A stretch of 64,000 nt of DNA. Origin: Desulfobacterales bacterium (GTDB taxonomy: Bacteria > Desulfobacterota > Desulfobacteria > Desulfobacterales > G963662235). Shown here in pieces: positions 57,661 to 64,000 of this stretch. Positions within the stretch are counted from its first letter, which is position 1, and each line of letters opens with the position of its first letter. A program made the translations under genes and the position numbers. The stretch spans positions 1,398,109-1,462,108 of the forward strand of contig OY759308.1 of the NCBI GenBank assembly GCA_963662235.1, in the 5' to 3' direction. A model generated the notes under the pieces. The model saw nothing but the letters and a program-made list of their open reading frames with translations, searched no databases and was not told where the DNA came from.

Positions 57661-58536
57661 TTATAAAAGTAAATCGGCTATACGATATAGCTCTTCTTTA
57701 CTGCTAAACTTTATCTTTAGTTTCCCTTCTTCATCTTCTTTTATATCTATATCAACCTTGCTACCAAGCTTTTTTGAAATATTGTAAGATAACTCTAAAA
57801 TTTCTTCTGGAATCTCTTTTTTTACAGGTTTGTTTTTTTTCTTAACCGAACCAGTTAAAATCTCTTTTATAAAATTTTCTGTGGCTCTTACAGATAAGCC
57901 TCCTTTGACTATCTCGTCTGTAATATCAACTTGAGCTTTTTTATCAGTAATAGATAAAATAGCTTTTGCATGCCCCATCGTAATTTTGTTGTTTTGAAGA
58001 GCTTCTCGAACATATTCATCAAGATTTTCAAGTCTTAAAAAATTAGCTATAGTAGAACGATTTTTGCCAAGTATTTTTGAAAGCTCATCTTGAGTAAGAT
58101 TAAACTTTTTAATTAAAAGAGCATAAGCTTTATACTCTTCAATAGGGTTTAAATTTTCTCTTTGAATATTCTCTATTAAAGCTAATTCAAGCTGATTTTC
58201 ATCGTCAGTTTTTTTTAATATTGCAGGAATTTGAGTAAGACCTGCAAGTTTAGATGCTTTAAGTCTTCTCTCACCAGCAATAAGTTCATACCCGCCTTCT
58301 GTTTTTTTTATTATTATTGGCTGCAATACTCCAAACTTTTGAATAGAGATAGAAAGTTCTTTTAAAGCATCATCATTAAAAACTAATCTGGGTTGGTACT
58401 TGTTTGATACAATTTTATCTATATCACACAAAAAGTAATCTTTTGTAACTATATTATCATTGACACTTGAAGAGAGTAAAGACGCAAGCCCTCTTCCAAG
58501 TGCTGCTCTTTTATTTTCACTCTTTTTCTTTTGCAT
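57661..58536 (-). CDS. parB: Chromosome partitioning protein ParB/Spo0J
   Basis: LGRGLASLL, QPRLVFND, IAGERRLKAS and an HTH region. Confidence 0.93.
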   Translation of the reverse strand: MQKKKSENKRAALGRGLASLLSSSVNDNIVTKDYFLCDIDKIVSNKYQPRLVFNDDALKELSISIQKFGVLQPIIIKKTEGGYELIAGERRLKASKLAGLTQIPAILKKTDDENQLELALIENIQRENLNPIEEYKAYALLIKKFNLTQDELSKILGKNRSTIANFLRLENLDEYVREALQNNKITMGHAKAILSITDKKAQVDITDEIVKGGLSVRATENFIKEILTGSVKKKNKPVKKEIPEEILELSYNISKKLGSKVDIDIKEDEEGKLKIKFSSKEELYRIADLLL

Positions 58537-59302
58537 TGATTCTCCTCAAAAATTCTTTTGAAAAATTTAAATATGCATTAGCACCTAAAGAAGTAGGTGC
58601 ATAGCTGAATATACTTTCTGAAAAACTTGGAGCTTCACTCAAGCGTACATTTCTTGGAATTTTAGTTTTGAATACCAAATCTTTAAAATGTTTAGTAGCT
58701 TCATTCATTACCTGTTCGGAAAGATTTGTCCTATTATCAAACATAGTAAGTAAAATTCCTAAAATTTTTAAATCTTTATTCATCCCTTTTTTTATAAGCT
58801 GCATAGTTTTCAAAAGCTGAGTTAAGCCTTCAAGAGCATAAAATTCACTTTGCAGAGGTATTAAAACATAACGCGAGGCAACCATAGAATTAATAGTTAA
58901 AAAACCTAAAGCGGGGGGGCAATCGATTATAATGTATTGATATTTGTCGATACAAGACTCAAGCAGTTTTTTTAGTATCTCTTCCCTACCTTGAACATCA
59001 ACAACTTCAATCTCAAAACCAGCAAGATCCATTTCAGAAGAAATTATATCCAAATTAGGAACATTAGAAGAAAGAATAACATCTTTAATGTCTGCTTGCC
59101 CAGACATAGCATGATATAGATTGTTTTCTACACTGCTTTTATCTATACCTATCCCTGTAGTAGTATTAGCTTGTGGGTCACAATCTATAAGTAGTACTTT
59201 TGTCTTAGGCGAAGCTAAAGCTACAGATAAATTAATAGCCGTTGTTGTTTTCCCAACCCCACCCTTTTGATTGGCTACAGATACTGTTATTGCTTTTTCC
59301 AA
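58517..59302 (-). CDS. parA: Chromosome partitioning ATPase ParA/Soj
   Basis: Deviant Walker A NQKGGVGKTTTAINL, with DCPP. Confidence 0.95.
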   Translation of the reverse strand: MEKAITVSVANQKGGVGKTTTAINLSVALASPKTKVLLIDCDPQANTTTGIGIDKSSVENNLYHAMSGQADIKDVILSSNVPNLDIISSEMDLAGFEIEVVDVQGREEILKKLLESCIDKYQYIIIDCPPALGFLTINSMVASRYVLIPLQSEFYALEGLTQLLKTMQLIKKGMNKDLKILGILLTMFDNRTNLSEQVMNEATKHFKDLVFKTKIPRNVRLSEAPSFSESIFSYAPTSLGANAYLNFSKEFLRRINAKEKE

Positions 59303-59325
59303 TATAGATTTTCCTTATAAAAAAT

Positions 59326-59994
59326 TTAAAGCGACATTTTACAATGTTTACAAATTTTAGCTCTCTGTTTTATTATTTCAGCACAAAAAGGACATTCTCT
59401 TGTAAAATGTCTTTTATGTAACTTTTCAACAGCCTTATCTACTTCTTTTTGTATTAACTCATTCGGAAATTTTTTATTTAAAAGATAAGGTAAAGCTTCC
59501 TCTCCTCCTATATCGCCTACCATTTCAGCAGCTTTAAGACGAACTCTTCCTGGTTTTTGAGGGTCTAATAAAAACTTTAATATCTCATCCCATGCTTTTT
59601 GGATATAAAAGTCTGTAAGTGCCGAAAAACTAAATTTAAGCTCTTCTTTGAAACTTTCTTCCAACTTTTTTGCTTCATCATCATAAATTTGACCTTTTCC
59701 GCCTTCTTCACTAAAAACAGACATAAAATCAAAATTTTGAGTTCCAGGGTAGTTAATACATCTATAAGAAGCTTTAAAAGCATAATTTTGTTCTATATTG
59801 TCCCAGCCACTTTTAAAAGGTGGACACTCATCATTAAAGCAAACAAAAAGAAATGGAACTCCCCAACCAAGACCGTCACTAACTGCTACTTGAGGTACTT
59901 CCCATAACGACATCTCTTTCCCGCAATGAGGGCATTTGGGCTTCTCTCCTGACATAACCTCATTAAAAACCTGTTCTTTACTTTGAATTGTCAT
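59326..59994 (-). CDS. Hypothetical protein with N- and C-terminal zinc ribbons and a HEAT-like segment
   Basis: CPHCGKEM...CFNDECPPF, then RLKAAEMVGDIGGEEALPYLL, then CPFCAEIIKQRAKICKHCK. Confidence 0.4.
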   Translation of the reverse strand: MTIQSKEQVFNEVMSGEKPKCPHCGKEMSLWEVPQVAVSDGLGWGVPFLFVCFNDECPPFKSGWDNIEQNYAFKASYRCINYPGTQNFDFMSVFSEEGGKGQIYDDEAKKLEESFKEELKFSFSALTDFYIQKAWDEILKFLLDPQKPGRVRLKAAEMVGDIGGEEALPYLLNKKFPNELIQKEVDKAVEKLHKRHFTRECPFCAEIIKQRAKICKHCKMSL

Positions 59995-60065
59995 AAATAA
60001 AATCCATTTAGAGCTTGATAATATAGTTACCTAAAAAGCTCTATCCTCTCTATTAATAAGTTTTT

Positions 60066-60261
60066 GAGACCTTTGCACATAATATTTTTTATGAAAAAAA
60101 TAGTGGTTTTTTGTAAATTATCAACTTTTGGCAATTTCACAAAAACAGCTAAAACCCTTATGAAGACTAACGCTCTCTTTTGCTTTTGTTTTGGGTTCGA
60201 CGTATAAAAATACTACTTCACCACAAAACAAAAGCAAAATAAAGCTATGTGCAAAGGTCTC
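60066..60261 (+). mobile_element. MITE-like element, copy 10
   Basis: Perfect termini gagacctttgcacataat...agctatgtgcaaaggtctc. GTTTTT occurs on both flanks (60060..60065 and 60262..60267). Confidence 0.92.
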
Positions 60262-60439
60262 GTTTTTTTATATATAAAATTTTCTAAACATAATGCAACA
60301 TTGTAGAATCAAGTGTGTAGTATCCACAATAAAAAATAATATTGCTTTTAAAAAGCTACGAAGTGTAAATTATAATTAATTTTAGTACAAGACAAAATCT
60401 ATACTCACTTTATAAAAGTTTTAATAAGGGAAAAAAATA

Positions 60440-62182
60440 ATGAAAGAACTTATGTCTGGCAACGAAGCTTTTGCAAGAGGAGCATACGAAGCAGGTGTCC
60501 AAATAGCAGCAGCATATCCTGGGACACCAAGCACAGAAATTTTAGAAAACATTCTTAAATATGAAAATATATACGCAGAATGGTCTCCAAATGAAAAAAC
60601 GGCTCTTGAAGTTTCAATAGGCGGAGCTATTGCAGGGGCAAGAAGTCTTGCAATTATGAAACATGTTGGGGTGAATGTAGCAGCAGACCCTCTATTTTCT
60701 TTTTCGTATACAGGGCTTAAAAAAGGGCTTGTAATAATCACTGCTGATGACCCTGGAATGCATAGTTCTCAAAATGAACAAGATAATAGATATTATGCTA
60801 AGTTTGCAAAAATTCCTATGTTAGAGCCATCAGATAGCCAAGAAGCATTAGACTTTTTAAAGATAGCTTTTGAAATAAGCGAAACTTACGACACACCTGT
60901 TTTTGTAAGGAGTACGACAAGAATATCTCATGCAAAATCTATAGTTAATACTTTTAAACCAAAACAGTTTAAAAAACCTAAAAAAATCGAAAAAAATCCG
61001 CAAAAGTTTGTTATGCTTCCTGCCAATGCAAGAAAAAGACATATAATAATTGAAGAAGAACTTAAAAAAGTAACCGAGTTTTTTAACGATTTTAAATTTA
61101 ATGAAGAGATTATAAAAAGCAAAGAGTTTGGCATTATAGCAAGCGGTATAGCATATCAATATGCTAAAGAAACTTTCCCAGAATACTCTTTTCTTAAAAT
61201 AGCAACCCCCTACCCTTTCCCTTATAAAAAGGTGCAAGAGTTTTCTAAAAAAGTAAAAAAGCTCTTTGTAATTGAAGAGCTTGAACCATTTATGGAAGAA
61301 GAGATTAAAGCGTTAGGTATAAAAGTTTTAGGTAAAGAACTTATGCCAAGATGTGGTGAATTATCTCCTGAAATAGTTGAAAATGGCATTAAAAAGAAAC
61401 AAGCAAAAGAGAAACAAATATTTGATAATATCCCTGTAAGACCACCTAATATGTGTGCAGGATGTCCACATAGAGGAGTTTTTTACACTTTAAAAAAATT
61501 AAAACTATTCGTTACAGGAGATATCGGTTGTTATACACTGTCTGCTATACCTCCTCTTGCCGCTATGGATACTTGTATCTGTATGGGTGCAAGTATAGGG
61601 AATGCCATCGGCATGGAAAAATCTCTTGATGTAGAATCGAAAGAAAAAATTGTAGCTGTTATTGGAGAGTCTACCTTTATGCATTCTGGAATTACAGGTT
61701 TGCTCGATATGGTTTACAACAAAAGCAAAAGCACTGTAATAATTTTAGATAATAGAATTACAGCAATGACAGGAAGACAGGAAAATCCTGCAAGTGGATA
61801 TACTGCAAAAAAAGAAGAAACAAAAATATTAGACTTTAAAAAACTTGGCATAGCACTTGGCGTAAACAAAAATAATGTAAAAGAGGTAAATCCGTACGAT
61901 TTAAAAGCATTAAAAAAGATAATAAAAACAGAAGTAGATAAAGATGAGGTTTCTCTTATAATAACAAAAGCTCCTTGCATATTATTAAAAAGAGCAAATC
62001 CTATAAACAATACGCCGATGAAAATAGATGAAGAGAAATGTATAGGATGTAAAATGTGTCTGCAAATTTCTTGTCCTGCAATTATGTGGAAAGAAGATGT
62101 AAAAAAAGCGAGCATAGATTCTACTCTTTGTGTAGGGTGCAACGTTTGCAGTCAAATTTGTAAATCACTTGCCATATGTTAA
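60440..62182 (+). CDS. iorA: Indolepyruvate:ferredoxin oxidoreductase alpha subunit
   Basis: TPP-enzyme N-terminus (GNEAFARGAYEAGV..AAAYPGTPSTEI) and two C-terminal 4Fe-4S motifs, CIGCKMCLQISCP and CVGCNVCSQICK. Confidence 0.85.
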   Translation: MKELMSGNEAFARGAYEAGVQIAAAYPGTPSTEILENILKYENIYAEWSPNEKTALEVSIGGAIAGARSLAIMKHVGVNVAADPLFSFSYTGLKKGLVIITADDPGMHSSQNEQDNRYYAKFAKIPMLEPSDSQEALDFLKIAFEISETYDTPVFVRSTTRISHAKSIVNTFKPKQFKKPKKIEKNPQKFVMLPANARKRHIIIEEELKKVTEFFNDFKFNEEIIKSKEFGIIASGIAYQYAKETFPEYSFLKIATPYPFPYKKVQEFSKKVKKLFVIEELEPFMEEEIKALGIKVLGKELMPRCGELSPEIVENGIKKKQAKEKQIFDNIPVRPPNMCAGCPHRGVFYTLKKLKLFVTGDIGCYTLSAIPPLAAMDTCICMGASIGNAIGMEKSLDVESKEKIVAVIGESTFMHSGITGLLDMVYNKSKSTVIILDNRITAMTGRQENPASGYTAKKEETKILDFKKLGIALGVNKNNVKEVNPYDLKALKKIIKTEVDKDEVSLIITKAPCILLKRANPINNTPMKIDEEKCIGCKMCLQISCPAIMWKEDVKKASIDSTLCVGCNVCSQICKSLAIC

Positions 62183-62553
62183 TTTTTCAAAGAATAGCAG
62201 AGCAAAAAATTTTAGAAGCTCAAAAACAGGGTGTTTTTAACAATTTAAAAGGCGAGTTTGAACCTCTGCCTTGTGATGAAAATTATAACAAAATTCCGTG
62301 CGATCTTAGAGTCTCTTATAAAATTCTTAAAAATGCAGGCTTTCTTCCACCAGAACTTGAAATAAAAAAAGAGATACAAAGAGAAGAAGAGTTATTAGAA
62401 CTTATTTATGATGAAGAAGAAAAAAGCAAAAAAGTTAAGAGACTAAATAAACTAATAATGAAGTTAAATATTGTTTCTAAAAAAAAGGTCGATATGGAGT
62501 TGCCTCAAAAATATTATGACAAAATTGAAACAAAGTTTATAAAAAAAACGTAA
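62176..62553 (+). CDS. DUF1992 (DnaJC28-like) domain protein
   Basis: IAEQKILEAQKQGVFNNLKGEFEPLP...YKILKNAGFLPPELEIKKEI. Confidence 0.65.
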   Translation: MLIFQRIAEQKILEAQKQGVFNNLKGEFEPLPCDENYNKIPCDLRVSYKILKNAGFLPPELEIKKEIQREEELLELIYDEEEKSKKVKRLNKLIMKLNIVSKKKVDMELPQKYYDKIETKFIKKT

Positions 62554-62583
62554 AAAAATTTTTTTTAAGTAAGATTAAGTAAT

Positions 62584-62784
62584 ATGATTGTAAAAATAAA
62601 CGGTAAAAAAAAAGATATAGAATCAGAAATTTCTATTTTAAACTTTTTAAAAAGCAAAGAAGTTGATCCTAAAAAGGTAGTTATAGAGTTAAACAAAGAG
62701 ATAATTAAAACTGAAAACTATAACAATATTGTATTAAAACCTAATGATGAAATGGAAATTTTAAGTTTTGTTGGAGGAGGATAA
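62584..62784 (+). CDS. thiS: Sulfur carrier protein ThiS
   Basis: 66 aa ending in VGGG, immediately upstream of thiG. Confidence 0.85.
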   Translation: MIVKINGKKKDIESEISILNFLKSKEVDPKKVVIELNKEIIKTENYNNIVLKPNDEMEILSFVGGG

Positions 62785-62790
62785 AAATAG

Positions 62791-63558
62791 TTGAACGATA
62801 TATTTGAAATAGGTGGTAAGAAATTAACAAGCCGTATCTTCATAGGTACAGGTAAATATTATTCAGATACAATTATTCCTGAAATAATTAAAGAATCAAA
62901 AGCGGAAGTGATAACAGTAGCACTTAGAAGAATAGATTTTAACGCAGAAACGGATAATGTAATGAAACATATTCCTTCTAATATTCAATTGATGCCAAAT
63001 ACTTCAGGAGCAAGAAACAGCGAAGAAGCAATTAGAATAGCAAAACTTGCAAGAGCTATGGGGTGTGGGAATTGGATAAAAATAGAAGTTATACCTGATA
63101 ATAAATATCTTTTACCTGATAATTATGAAACTTTAAAAGCGACAGAAATTCTTGTAAAAGATGGATTTGCTGTTTTCCCATACGTTATGCCAGACCTTAT
63201 AATAGCCAAAGCGTTAGAAAATGCAGGTGCAGAGGCGGTTATGCCTCTTGCAGCACCAATAGGAAGCAACAAAGGTCTTACAACAAAAGACACAATAAAA
63301 ATCTTAATAGATGAAATTAAAATACCAATAATAGTAGATGCAGGTATAGGCAAACCTTCTCAAGCCGTCCAAGCAATGGAGATGGGAGCAGCAGCCTGCC
63401 TTGTAAATACTGCAATAGCAACGTCCGACAACCCTATCTTAATGGCAAAAGCTTTTAAAAAAGGTATCAAAGCAGGTAGATACGCTTATCTGTCTGGAAT
63501 GGGAAGAGTTAAAGAAAAAGCAGAAGCCTCATCTCCACTGACAAGCTTTTTAGATTAA
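62791..63558 (+). CDS. thiG: Thiazole synthase ThiG
   Basis: TTG start, with [31 protein letters not shown] and IVDAGIG. Confidence 0.93.
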   Translation: MNDIFEIGGKKLTSRIFIGTGKYYSDTIIPEIIKESKAEVITVALRRIDFNAETDNVMKHIPSNIQLMPNTSGARNSEEAIRIAKLARAMGCGNWIKIEVIPDNKYLLPDNYETLKATEILVKDGFAVFPYVMPDLIIAKALENAGAEAVMPLAAPIGSNKGLTTKDTIKILIDEIKIPIIVDAGIGKPSQAVQAMEMGAAACLVNTAIATSDNPILMAKAFKKGIKAGRYAYLSGMGRVKEKAEASSPLTSFLD

Positions 63559-63572
63559 AAACTTCATAACTT

Positions 63573-63998
63573 ATGAAAAATATAAAATTAGAACGTAACG
63601 ATTACGCTTTTGCTTCAGGGCTTAAAAATGAGCATGGTTTAAAAATGGTTTTTGATGAAGTAAATGGCGAAATTGTTTCAAAATTAAAAATCAAAAAACA
63701 TATGGAAGGTTGGAAGAACATAACGCACGGCGGAATTATTTCAACCATACTCGATGAAGCTATGGGCAGAAGAGTTTTAACTAAATTTCAAAGACTTAGT
63801 CTTACAAAAGAGCTTACAATCAAATTTGTAAGAACCATTCCAATAGAAGAAGAGATAACAGTAAAAGCAAAAATTAAAAGCGAAAATAAGGAAACTAACA
63901 AAGTTAAAACTGAAGCTATTATATACGATAAACAAGAGAAAATTTGTGCTAAAGGGTATGCAACATTTAAAGTTTTTCCTGAAACTTTTTATACATAA
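63573..63998 (+). CDS. PaaI/hotdog-fold thioesterase
   Basis: HGGIISTILDEAMG motif and size of 141 aa. Confidence 0.7.
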   Translation: MKNIKLERNDYAFASGLKNEHGLKMVFDEVNGEIVSKLKIKKHMEGWKNITHGGIISTILDEAMGRRVLTKFQRLSLTKELTIKFVRTIPIEEEITVKAKIKSENKETNKVKTEAIIYDKQEKICAKGYATFKVFPETFYT

Positions 63999-64000
63999 AG

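Noticed and set aside
59995-60065. Hairpin TAGAGCTT...AAGCTCTA upstream of the zinc-ribbon/HEAT gene, considered as a regulatory element
   Set aside because: It is a single 8-bp stem with a long loop and no T-run or recognisable operator or promoter context, so support is insufficient.

Overview
The window comes from an AT-rich, LPS-making (diderm) bacterium whose lineage I cannot assign from sequence alone. Most of it is housekeeping:
- rarA-typA
- exbD-tonB
- purA and gap
- the cluster EIIA(Man)-rapZ-hpf-rpoN-lptBAC-kdsCA
- surA-like genes, mgtE, recO, mltG, nagZ, plsB
- thiE, ccsA-resB
- ispE-tRNA(Gln)-prs-rplY-pth
- thrC, parAB, iorA, thiSG

Four things stand out.

1. Positions 1-5.9 kb are a decayed accessory island.
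   - It begins with a REP-associated tyrosine transposase (RAYT) that runs off the window edge and is missing from the ORF track.
   - It also holds a truncated rhuM, a DUF45 peptidase and a RAYT fragment.
   - Its most interesting content is a translationally coupled 5mC methyltransferase plus a MORC-like GHKL ATPase. The ATPase C-terminus looks TIR-like, and no nuclease is present. This is a candidate undescribed defence module.

2. There are two unrelated repeat families, and they split the window between them.
   - GTAG-type REP palindromes (GAGACG...CGTCTC) occupy 8 loci, all at or below 10.9 kb.
   - A very dense MITE-like family of about 200 bp occupies 12 loci, all at or above 12.4 kb. 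It has GAGACCTTTGCACAT terminal inverted repeats, two internal hairpins and 6-bp flanking direct repeats. One copy is nested in another, some copies carry an 84-bp sub-insertion, and several copies donate start or stop codons to genes.

3. One same-strand gene block combines ABC-2 permease, GldG-like protein, a 788-aa MORN lipoprotein, two pseudopilins and a bactofilin.
   - The first pseudopilin ORF has no ATG, GTG or TTG anywhere.
   - It lies in the -1 frame of a dnaX-type A_AAA_AAG heptamer located at the end of the MORN gene.

4. Several operons look broken or rewired:
   - exbD-tonB without exbB
   - mlaD with a catalytically dead ABC ATPase and no mlaE
   - iorA without iorB
   - a fused MurU/AmgK-like gene

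All calls come from reading the sequence and ORF translations. No database search was run.
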